From contig RBZT01000156.1 in assembly GCA_003693705.1 (NCBI GenBank), forward strand, positions 53,733 through 117,732: a DNA stretch of 64,000 nucleotides, given 5' to 3'. The notes under the pieces were generated by a model that was not told where the DNA came from, searched no databases, and saw nothing but the letters and a program-made list of their open reading frames with translations. Made by a program: the position numbers and the translations under genes. The stretch comes from Polymyxa betae A26-41. Lineage: Eukaryota > Protista > Endomyxa: Phytomyxea. This document shows, in pieces, positions 26,277 to 38,100 of the stretch. The number at the start of each line of letters is the position of its first letter. The first letter of the stretch is position 1.

Positions 26277-27470
26277 ATGTTCACTGACAAACGAGCGTTG
26301 CTCGGCGTTATCTTGGGGATCCTGGTTATCATCTTAGCCGGCATTGAAATAGGGATCTTGGAAAAATCTCCAAGAAGCTTGTATATTTTGGAAGGGCCAT
26401 CAAACGGTCAGTCTAAAACAGCTGTAGTGCCTGTACCAGAACAGCATTCCCATGTTGAGAATCTTCCGGCCATAACAGATCCTCCAATGGCAATAGTGCC
26501 AACTATAGCCTTTCTTATTCCAGCAAGGTCGATATTCCATACGTACCTGTACAGTGGTTTGCTCAATAGCATCTTAGGTCAATTGATGGTTGGACTATTC
26601 AAGATATTCCTTTGCTGAACATATTCTTACCCTCACTGTTGGGAACGATAACGCCTGATGAGTTCCGCGATTTCAACTATGTTATTTATTTCGGTTGCGA
26701 TACCGGTGATCCTTTGTATGATAACGATGAAACCGTTGCAAAGCTTCATGACATAGTAGAAAAGATGTCTGAAATTCGATTACTCATGTTTTCCTTTGGA
26801 AATACCCAGGTGTGAAACAGAATTAGGTCCACTCTCGCGTCAAATCACTGATTGGTTCAGGGGAAACCTGTTCTTGTTTGGAACAGGCTTTTCAGCGAGG
26901 CATTTCAGGATGGATGCCACTACTTTTATCAAGTTAATGACGATGTGAGGTTTATAACTTCCGGATGGACAAGAAGCTTTGTCAACACATTGCGAGGAAA
27001 TCCTGTGTTCCCTGATCTAGGAGTAACGGGACCAAGGGATTTGGGAGCCCAAATACTGACACAAGCGTTTGTTAGTCGAATTCACATGCACATATTTTCT
27101 TCTTTTTACCCTTCTTTGTTTGATAACTGGTATTCTGATGACTGGCTGACACATGTTTATGATGATATCGGAAGTACCTTCGGCTCTCGTATGATAACAC
27201 ACCAGTTTAATAAGCGAATTGCTAATGGCGCTTTCAGAGTCGGTTTTAGTGAAAAACGACAATTCTCAAGGGACTCGTTATAAAGTCGATCACTCGGGAC
27301 GTGATTCGCTGGATATCCTTGAGAGAAACGGAAAGGCTGTAATTCGGGAGTTCCTGGATACCCACGTTGCAGGCCCAACGATCTATTCGGACCCTGTGCA
27401 CAAAGAAGCTAGGAGAAACCTGTTTAAACGAAGCCATACTCCAGGAGACGCTGTCAATGTTAATAAGTAA
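26277..27470 (+). CDS. Type II membrane GT-A fold glycosyltransferase
   Basis: N-terminal TM anchor; IYFGCDTGD, YFYQVNDDV, GVTGP, ILTQAFVSRIH, NWYSDDWLTHVY. Confidence 0.8.
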
Positions 27471-27783
27471 ACTTATTAAGTTTCATTGTAATAAACAATA
27501 GATACGAACGTATTGATATTGATATAATCTAAGCTCAATTTTATCTCATCAATTTTTAATGCGGTTGCTTTTTTCGCATAGACTCTTTAACAATCAACAA
27601 GGCCGTTTTCTAATAAGATTCGATAAGATTCGAGTAAATTTACTGGTAAATTAGCAATTTGAAAGTTTGCAGATTGAGTTGGAACTGAACCCAGCTGTTT
27701 GTAGTGTTGTGAACAAACAGACTTGAGATTCGAACTGGAACGACGGAGGACCGAAGAGAGGGTGCGGAGTCGATAGATCATTG

Positions 27784-30700
27784 ATGTCGCTGTACGTCCC
27801 CGTCAGGGGTTTGCATGGCAATGCTGTATGCATCCCGCTCGACTCATTGCCACATGACGTCATTCAAATCGTCGATGTCTTGCGGGCCGAAGCCGCTCCT
27901 TTGGCCTTATGGTTTCAGCTTGCAGTAATCATGGCTATGGAGCTGTTTGATGCGACTCTCAGATTGCACTGTCATAGGTGGAATACTACAAAAGAGGTAT
28001 GAACGTGCAATTCTTAAAAATACTGGAAGAAGGCACCCGTGAAGGTTCTATTCTCACTGGTTTTACGATCTCCATTTGAGTTAGCGTTTGGCAGAAATCG
28101 AGAACCATTACAAGGATTTCAAATCTGAAAGGATTTGCATTCTGAGTGCATTAGGAGTGTTCCATACACGTAATGCTATGCAAATGACAGATAAAGATAA
28201 ACGCCAGAAAGTATGGGCTGTTATTGTTTCTTTGTCGTATGGTCATTGTTGTGTTTAGTTTTTCGAACTGGCTACAATGTACTTCAAAAAAGCTGATGGC
28301 ATTGATATTCATGAATCGCATCAATGGCTAGGCAAGGGACTGATGTACCTTGCAACAGGAGATCTGGTCCGTGCAGATCTCCAGTTCTCTTCCATTCTTG
28401 AAAAGCATCCTGTCTCTAAATTTCCCAGTTGGTAGATCTTTATCTGCTGTTAACCGAATTTATACCGTCAACAGGCAGTATTGCTGCTTTACTCGGAAAA
28501 GGCTGCATTAGCTATTTGAAAAAAGACTATAAGGCCAGTCTTTCAACTTATACGCTAGCGCTAAAATCGAACCCAAACTGTCCTGCATATGTCCGGCTGG
28601 GAATTGCTTTATGTGCAATTCAACTTGGTGACTTGAGGCTCGCCAAACTCTCTTTGCAGAGAGTGTTGGCTCTAGATCCCTCCAATTCGGAAGCTCTTGT
28701 TGCGCTAGCTGTTCTTAGCTGCAGTAATGGCAACGAGCCTTTGGATACTACAATAGCATACCTCGAGAATGCATACTTAGTTAGTCCGAATAATGCTATG
28801 GCATTAAGTATGATTGCCGACCACCTGTATAGCTGCTCTGTCAAATCCAGGGATGGTGCTAATTTGTCTATCAGATTTTATCAGGGTGATCATCAAGCCG
28901 TGTTTGAACTGGCCGCTCGCTCGTCAGAACTTACAACATCTTCATCATTGAAGTCTCGCAACGACTATCTGATTGCCCGTTCATATCACGTTCAGTCAGA
29001 ATTTGCACAGGTAAGGCCGGTTCTATCGAAACTTTATGTGATACCCAGATTTGTTAGGCTCGCTTCCACTATTTGAGCTCTGTTGAGAATGACAATTCAA
29101 ATACCCTGTCCTTGCTTGGATTGGGGCAATTGTACTTGAAAGAGGACGATTATGCTAATGCCAAGCAATGCTTTGAATCTGTGATCGTCAAGCATCCTGA
29201 TGAGTTTGATTGTTTGAGGCTATTAGGCATATCGTGCGCCCGTTTGGGTCAATTGGATGACGCCAAGCGCTATCTTACAAGGTAGAAGTGACATATTGCA
29301 TAGGCATATTGGGATTTAAACCGGACAGAGCTCGAGAGTTATCTCCTAAAAACGTTTCTGTAATGATCGAACTGGCTCAAGTTCTGCTCGACTCTCCATT
29401 TCCTGATCGTGCCGCAGCCAAGTCGGTGCTCATTGAGGTCGTTTCTCAGTTGCAGTCGAAGAAGGGAACATATGTTCCAATCCAGCTTTTCAACAATATT
29501 GGCGTCATCGCCTTGTCGCTTGGCCAAATCGATGAAGTAGTAAAGAATTGTGTAAAATGTCAAACTTATTTAAGTCACATTCAGGCTGAGAATTGGCTTG
29601 GTCAATGTGAAAGTGAACAGAATTTCACTGTTTCATATAACCGGGCGCTTCTTCTTGAAGCCAAAGGCTCTCTAAGTGAAGCGGCAGACCTGTATATGAA
29701 AGTATGTCTCATACGTCTCATATCTGTTCTTGCTTATTAATTCCGCTATCGCTTATAGATCCTGGAATCTTGCCCTGATTACCATGAGTGCAACATTCGT
29801 CTGGCAACTCTGGCTTTTAACCGGAATGACAGCGACGAAGCTTTCCTTCGGCTGAACACTATTCTAGATAGCAACCCCCAGCATATCGTTGCCTTAACGC
29901 AGCTTGGTCGTATGCATGCTAAGCTTGGTAAAACACATGAAGCTGAGAAGTTGTTTTCCAAAGTAGGGGTTTTTTCGAAACGATTCAATTTTAGGAACCA
30001 AATGCTGAATAGGTCTTGAACATTGAAAAATATGATCCATATTGTCGAGTTTCTTTGGGAAATTTACATCTGAAGCGATCACTTCAGTTAAAAAAGCAAC
30101 CTGAACAAATGTCCCAGGCTCTCCGGTAATGGATTATCTTTGCTTTGAACTGTTTATAATCTGCTGAACCAGAAAAGCATCTGTGTTTTATCAATCCGTT
30201 CTAGTTCGCGATTCTCACAATATGTATGCGGCAAACGGCATCGGTGCTTATTTAGCATATCGCAAGATGAATGATATGGCTCGCCAAATATTTAATGACG
30301 TGAGAGAATCCTCTTCCTTCATTCCTGCAGCATGGGTACTATCGTAGCGTCTTGATTCTATTGTTTGTTGATGACGGCTCAGATAAATTTGGCGCATCTA
30401 TCTGTGATGGATGGGTCTTTTGACACAGCCATCAAACTTTATGAAACCTGTTTAAAGAAGAATTCTGACTCTGACATTATGTTGCTGCTCTTTCTTGCAA
30501 GAGCACACTATTTAAAGGGTTCTTTATACTTCTCACTTCAAACAGTGCGTCTGAAGCTACATGATTTAGGTGATATGAGGAATGCCAAACGAGCCTTGCA
30601 GAATGCGATTCGAATGGAATCGTCTTATCTATTATGGTATTTTCATACTTTTTAACGAATCTGTGCTCTGATTTCTCAGTTGATTGATATAGGTATGATC

Positions 30701-31573
30701 TTGCACTTGCATGCGAGGATCTATCCATAAGCATTCTTCAAAAGTCTAAAAATGCTCGTACTGTGCATGAAGTTCGAGAAGCTTTTGCAGATATTGTAAA
30801 TGCATCTCACATCTTCAGTGAACTAGCGTCAAACGCTGAAGGTACAAGTCAACGGTCAACTTGTTTTTCCAAGAATCATTTTCATTTAGGCCTCATCAAA
30901 GAAAAAGCCAGCAGCCATGCTCAGTTCTGTAAAGATAATATTTCACTCGCAGAGCGACACTTAGCGTAGGTTCCGGTCATAAAACCACGCTTTCGCTGAT
31001 AACATCTTAGACATGCTGAAAATGCCGAGCTTAGAGCTCATGAGGCTCGGAAACAATTGGAAGTTTCACTTGCCCATGCTGCTTCTGCTGAAGAACGAAA
31101 AAATGAACAGAAACGACAAGAATTAGAAGAAACGGAAAGGAGAATTCAAGGAGTTTTGGAACAAGATAGATTGAGGTTGCAGCGTATTCAAGAACAGCAG
31201 ATGTCAAAAATGAGGAAACGAGAACAGGTGGATGCCATTTTACAGAATGTTATTTTGCTGACAATTACTATTAGTCTGATTCTGACGACGAGGAGGGAGC
31301 CGAAAGGAGGACAAAACGCTCCAAAAAGCAACGGGTAAGACTTTGCTGTAATTTCGGTTTTGCAAACAATTCATTCACAAAGGCCTCGGGAATTGCTCCT
31401 GAACATCCAGCAATGGATATCGATGAAGATGTTCACCAACAAAATGGCAACCGAGGTAAAAAAACGATTTCTGTTACTTTTTCATTGCTATGATTTGGCT
31501 GATAACAGTTTCAGATGGAAATGGCATTCCGGCTGAGCAATCTAAGCAGGAAGATTTTGAAGAGGAGTTATGA
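27784..31573 (+). CDS. CTR9: PAF1 complex TPR subunit CTR9 (many short introns)
   Basis: MSLYVPV..VDVLRAEAAPLALWFQLAVEYY; ALLGKGCI; NPNCPAYVRLGIALC; NMYAANGIG; acidic/basic C-terminus. Confidence 0.92.
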
Positions 31574-31673
31574 ACGATCAAACATGACTCTAGCAAATAA
31601 TAATGACTGTTCGATATGATGTGAATCTGACAGAGAGCGCATTTTTTGTATACCCATCCTCTTTAATAGCAGG

Positions 31674-31711
31674 GAGAGGGTTTTATAGAGAGGGTTTTAT
31701 AGATAGGGTTT
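31674..31711 (+). repeat. 14-bp telomere-like tandem repeat (GAGAGGGTTTTATA x2 + GATAGGGTTT)
   Basis: Seen directly, 24 bp upstream of the TRF-like gene ATG; contains TAGGGTTT (reverse telo-box). Confidence 0.85.
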
Positions 31712-31734
31712 CGAGTATTTATTCCTACAAGTTC

Positions 31735-33883
31735 ATGGCTGCAGAGCGCCCAGATTCACAGTTGTCTCAAGCGTACTGCATTCTGCAGGCAGCTTGCAGA
31801 TATAATCTGACGATGATCCGCCAAGCAGCCGTCCGCTGGCTTCGGCAAAATAATCGCGCTCCTACTGGCGAATTATTGTTTCGTGTAAAGCTTGCTGAGC
31901 TAGAAGAACTGTGTTCGAATCACAAAGACTGGTTTAAGAACATCGACCGGATCGTTGAGCTATTCGATTTCATTATGCCTAAAAGCGGCGACCAGTCTTC
32001 ATTCAAAAGCCCTTGGTTCTTCTTCCGCAACGTTGTTATAGTCCGAGTACTTATACAAAATCGTATCATTAACCCCGAATGATTTGAATCAGGCCGCTGT
32101 TCAAGGTCACGATGACGAGGCATGCATGGAATCCTGTAACAGACTTTTGCTTAAGGTGGTTGCTGAAGCGGTATTGACCTTTGTTTTCAATTAGAAAAAC
32201 GGTTGCATTGATGGTATTGGTCTAGGATACATCCAATAATGACTATGTGAAGAAGCAGGAACACCAAGAGAAACTTGTTAGCGAATTAGCTTCGTACAAT
32301 GGAGTGAAAGATTCGAGTGCTTTGAAATCGAGCTATCCGGGTATTTATCAGTATCTGAAAAAGGATCCTGACTCCCAACTGATGATTTTTTTGAAATCTA
32401 TTGTCAGTCACAACCAGTATGTTCAAGCCGCATTCTAACTGGTTCGTAGCGCTCAACTCTGGATCCCGATTATTGTTTCTTGGAATCTACTGCTGAACAG
32501 CTCCGTGATTGTGATACAAATGATTCAGTTATTGAACTAAGCAGGTGAAATTTATATTTATCTTTCGCTATACTTTTTAACTTCTCTCAGTGAAAGCCAG
32601 AGACGCGGGCTTAAACTTCTATTGGAACAGTTCCAGGTACATCGCCGCTGCTCTATAGCATTTTTCGTTGATCTTTGTCCAGGATTGTGAACAGTCACTG
32701 AATAATGAATTACTTCATAACGCTGAAGAACCCATCGAAGTTCCATACGATAGCGGTTTAGACCGGGCAGAGAGTGCTGTCGATAGTTTACATCGCAGAA
32801 AGTCTCCAACCAAGGCCGGATCAGATAAGCACAGGCCACGTCGCGAATCGCAGTCTCATGCGCAGGTCAGGATATTATGTCTTTTGCTGCTAGACCTGAT
32901 TTGGAATGAAGGATCAGTCAGAATCCGAAACCGAATCTGTACGTGATAAAAGGAAGCGCAAGCGCTCAAACGGCCAAGTTCAACCAACTCCAGTAAATTC
33001 TCTCATCATAACCATATCCAGCCCTCAAACTGTATTGGCTAGCGTTCCCACCAAGATCGCCATCGTGAGAGCAGCAAAAGCGCTCGAAGGAAATCGCAAA
33101 CCAGTCATTACGAGAAGGTGGAGCAATTTAAGTTAAAACGTCGCTCAATCCATAGAGCTGCCGAGGAAGTTCCTGTCAGTAGTTTAGGTATTGTGTATTT
33201 GTTCTAACTAAATCCTGGTTAGGATGCTCGAGAACTGGCGAACGCCACCGCCAGTAAAATTCAGAAGGTTCTTGCCCAGGGCCGATACGAGCGATGGTCT
33301 GACAATGAGGGGGAGGTCAGTTTTCTCGTTGAAGCATTTATCCTTAAATCGTGATAGCCATTCATTAGGAGGGTTACTCTGAAGATTCGGCAGAGCACCG
33401 TATGAGAAGGGTACGTTTAGGCGTTAATTATGCATGCGTCATTTCAAGGCAACCCGCATGTAGGAATCGAGATCACCGTCGCCCCGTCCTGCATATCGTC
33501 CGCCTTTGCCAGAACAAAGCCATCCTAATCATGCATCAGGAATCGGTAAGTTTCTCTCAGGTGTTAAGCCCACAATGTCTTATTTTATTTAGCTCGAAGA
33601 CCGTCATTGGGTTTGGCTCCTATACCATCTCCAAACAACAATGGAAGACAAGTCGGGATTTTTCCTCTTTCTCAATATAAAGTTAATCTGCTTTCAGGTT
33701 CGCCGTTCAGTAGGGCACTGGCAAGAATACGAGATTGAGGAGCTTCGATTAGGAGTGACACGGTTTGGAGTCGGACAATGGTCGCAGATTCTAAAGCATG
33801 GAAAGTTTCTGGCTGGCAGAACATCTGTCGACCTCAAAGACAAGTATCGAAACATGGTTAAGAAAGGGCTGTTCGGCGCTTAA
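31735..33883 (+). CDS. Telomere repeat-binding factor-like protein (helical N-terminus, disordered linker, C-terminal telobox Myb)
   Basis: C-terminal HWQEYEIEELRLGVTRFGVGQWSQIL...RTSVDLKDKYRNM is the telobox-type Myb signature. Confidence 0.85.
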
Positions 33884-33913
33884 ATCACGCTGAAGCTGAT
33901 TGCTGTAAATTAA

Positions 33914-34866
33914 TTAAAGTTTAGTTTGGCTTTTGCAGACACCGAATATGAGAGGAGCAGTTGGCCTTTGGATTGTGATCTCGTCTTTTGGATAAAATCG
34001 AGTGTATATTCTGGACCCAAAACTTCACCCGACCATGTGATCTCATAATCTTCTGGAAGGGCACCAAACTTCGACTGTTCGACATTCAGTCAAATGATTT
34101 TACCTCACAGACTTCATTGAACTCACCGAAAGATACTTTCGTAACTGCTGAACACTCAGTTGAGAACTCGTCCTGATGATTGATGTCAATAAAGGTTTCC
34201 ATACAAGCCAGAAAAAATTGAACCTGATAAAAGTTTCAGCTGGATAAGCGACGCCATTCGGCGAATTTTTGGAGTTCGTTGTCAATGCGAGATCGATCAA
34301 GGGCACATAATCGTTATCTGTGGTACGCTGCCTTAAACCTGGCGTGTATGGCTCTTCCAACTTTATACGAGACGGTGACCGAGCTGGACTAGTTTCTCCT
34401 AAACAACAGTGACCGGGTACCCAGGACGACAATTGTCGGAATTCGAACCATTATCACCCAGCTGCTGGTCTTGAGACAGACAGCGTACAATGCGATTCGT
34501 GAGCGATTGCATGGTGCAATCAGCTCGAATGGCGTTCTTGATAGGATCGGCGCCCAAGCTGATCTTACACGCAGGACAGACCGAATTAGCTCCGCCTTTC
34601 GATTCGTGTTTACTATCACCAGAAACCGCATCCATTTCAGCGACATCAGCATCGTCTATTCGACCCCATCAAGCAACTATAAACGCTTGCGAAAACGTCA
34701 ACCAACCTTCGTAGCCGAATTCAGTCCTGAGACAGGCCAAGCAGAATGTATGCAGGCATTCCATGATGGTATGGGCATCTTTGAGCCAATCTGAACAGAC
34801 CGAACATGACAGAAATGGGCGAACTGCCTCCACGTTGACCTGCAGATCAGGCGTATAATCTGTCAT
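33914..34866 (-). CDS. PCGF/BMI1/DRIP-like RING finger protein with RAWUL-like C-terminus
   Basis: LSCSVCSDWLKDAHTIMECLHTFC..C..CPAC..LGADP..IRADCTMQSL; C-terminal IRTSSQLSVQQLRKYL..GEVLGPEYTLDFI. Confidence 0.85.
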
Positions 34867-35130
34867 TTCAATAGATGACGACTGAAAAAAAAACGCCGGA
34901 AATTTCCACAAAGTTTGCGTTGTCTGCAGCAATTTCGATTCTTTTGCAACAGAACCACAAAATCGGACAATTTTTTTACAATTTGTGTGTAACGCTACAA
35001 CTGTGGAAAGCCTCGATTACAGATGTTTCGGGTGACTGATTACGCTGCGGATTTCAGACGTTTGTTGTCAGTTTGACATTGATAGGAATGGTGACGTGCC
35101 AGATCGGGGTACCGTCATCCTCTCACACAA

Positions 35131-38100
35131 ATGTCCAATGTCCCAGAATGGGTCTCGTTAGCCCAGCGTGATCGACAGAAGCAATCTAAACGACGCGAGG
35201 ATGAAAGCGAGCAGCTTCATCGGGCCAGCTACATCATCGTCTGCGAAGGGTCGGCGTCATCGACCAGCTCCTGGGACGCCCTGATCCGCGCCCTGAAAAG
35301 CGCCGAGCCCTGCGTCCGCCATCTCACCATGAAATGCATCAGGTCGTGCCTGAGATTGGACGCCGGCGACGTCGGTGTCAGCCAGCCGATGCGACGTGAT
35401 ATGACCCAGCTGATCATGGATATTCTCAGCAACGATGTCGAAGAGAAAAATCGATCATTAGCCAGTCTCGTTCTGGGTCTCATCACCTGGGCGTATGGGG
35501 CCAGTACTCCCTCGCTGGGCAAAGATATCTTCCATGCCTGTATCCGACATCTACAAGATCTGCAGAGCCAGATGTCGCAGCTGACTATGCATCGCCCGGG
35601 ATATAATCAGGCCAGGGCGCAGGCGATTCAGGCTCTGGATACGATTCTGCAGGTTAGGGTTTAGGGTTTTAGGGTTTTGGCAAGTTGACGTCTGTGTAGT
35701 GCCGCCTGGATCTACCACCGCCAGCCTTCGCCCTGATCGCTCATGAGCTCACCGAGATCCTTAATGAGCAAAATGAGAGCCGTGAACACGATCTGGTCAG
35801 GGCTCAGGTCGTATTCCTGTTGGCGAATCTGCCCGGCACTTCACGAAATCGGCAGCGATCGCAACCGTTCTGGCCCATCTTGAGGCCGATTATCAGCCGG
35901 GCTGTGAAGTCCATCGGCAATAGCAACAATAATCCGGATAATATTCTCATTATAGCTCTATCCAGGTATGGTGTTTTATTCCGATTATTTTCTTATTGTT
36001 TTCAAACTCCAACGAATTTGCAGTAAAGCTTTCATGCGACTAATTGATTCCCACCAACCTTCTGACACGTGAGTTCGTGCTGAGATAGGTTCGTCTCCCA
36101 ATGGTATGGTCGAGTTCCAGATGCGATTCTGGACCGATTTCCATTATATGATCAACTATCAGGCTATAGTGAGCTACAATACAGTCTATTGATGAATTCA
36201 GAGAAAGAAGGCAGTACGTCGGGACGGAATCAGCTGCGAGAGGATACTGGCCCTTGCGACTATCTTGGAATCATAGACAAGGAAGATGTTCTGACATTTA
36301 TCAAGCGATATAGCCGTCGTGCTCAGATTATTGATATCCTTCCTGAGAAATTCGATTTGACATTTCAGGCTGAGAACATCATTAATACCGATCTATTCTT
36401 TGATGCGCCCAATAACCGTCGTATTCTGCATCTTACTAATCGATCATCGAAACAGTCACATCGATTCGCGATTCAGATCGCCCCGACCAGACATTTCACC
36501 GCTTATCCAGCGTTCGGTGAGATTGCACCGCATTCGTCAATACCCATCACGATCAGATTCGAACGTATTGCTCATCTGGAGAAGGGCGTCGGATACGGAT
36601 ACATCCGTCTTCGATCATGGACCGGATTCGCTTTCGAACGTATCCCAATCTCGTTCTACAACGGTCAGTTCTTGCAGGTTCTGAACGGCTACATAGACTT
36701 CGGTGCATGTCCTCTTGGTCGATGTCTTCAACGTCGTCTTTATGTGAAGAATATCGGGATCTCAGCTATGACCTGCCATCTGGATCTCTGCATGCCAGAC
36801 ACAGCCGAGTCTCCATTCGAATTCTTACCGCGATCAGCGACGTTAACTCCCGGGGCGGTGGCCGCCTTCGAGATCAGGTTTCGAGCTCGGACCCAATCTC
36901 ATGTTCAAGTTCAGATGGTTGTTAGCAGCCCAGAACAGCAATATCCGATATTAGTAACAGGATCAGGTTTATATCCTATAACTATCGCAGAATCGGTTAT
37001 AGATATGGGACCTTGTCAGCCAGGGCAGAAAGTCGCTACACCTCTCAATCTCACCAATCTAGCTCCATATCCTTTCATGGTACAATTCGATTCCGCATTA
37101 CGAGGTCTCGTGATTCCATCATCCTCGATACCAGCTGGGCAAACACGTACGATTATGGCAACATGGGATAATGATGATCATGATGGGTATGTTGAAGATC
37201 TCGTTTATGTTCGTGTACCAGAATGTGGCCAGATCGCTATCAGATTTCGCGCTTCTGTTGGTTGTGTTTTAACAACGCCTTTACAGTCACCACTTCGTCT
37301 TCCCTTCATATCTGTGCATATGGTGCTACAAGGCGTCATACCTGTACAGAATACTTCTCCATATGATGCGGAATTTGTTATTGATGGGCTGGAAGGGACG
37401 CCTTTCTACATTCAAGCAGTGGATGGCGCCCGATTGGATCGCGATCGTCGTGCGTTCACTTCTGAGCTCGCTAATCGTCCTGCCCCGTCAATGCTACGAG
37501 AGATGCTGAGTGAATCACGAGATCGTCATTATACAGTGAAAGCGCATTCAACATTATATCTGATAGTATTATTCAGCAGTCATAAACCTGGATTCTTTGA
37601 GCGTGATTTCACATTGCATGTGATATCACCACGTGCAGCACGATGGCCTCCTTATCAATTACGTGCTGCTGCTATTCTCGATAATGAAAAGTTCCCTCTC
37701 AAGAAACTGCTCATGTTCTTTGGTGAACCTGGTGCATTCAAGACATCGGAACTGACTCGATTGCCATCGAAGGACTTCGAAGGGCCTATTGAATCACGTC
37801 TGGTATTCGGTGAGACATGGGAAGGGATAGCAGCACGAAGTGAGACATTTGCGTTTGGATCATTTGATGAATGGGGATGGACAGGGCGTCCTCTTGCTCC
37901 AATAACAGTTGAGAATCTATCACCACGACCTCATAATTTCTCAATGATGCTCACATATCCATTTATTGGTACAAGTAGTCGTCATGGGATCTGCGGTGCA
38001 TTCGATAAGATGGCGATTCCGAACGAGATCGTCGCTGATCATCGTCGTCCATCACCGATCGACGGCTTCGTCGTGATTCGGGATAATTTCGCTAAGACCT

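Noticed and set aside
28410-28475. Apparent non-canonical intron in CTR9
   Set aside because: A canonical GTTGGT...ACAG intron starting at ~28428 restores the frame
36069-36088. Possible 20-nt micro-intron or gene break in the giant ASH gene
   Set aside because: A normal 66-nt GTAAAG...GATAG intron (36023-36088) gives the same phase
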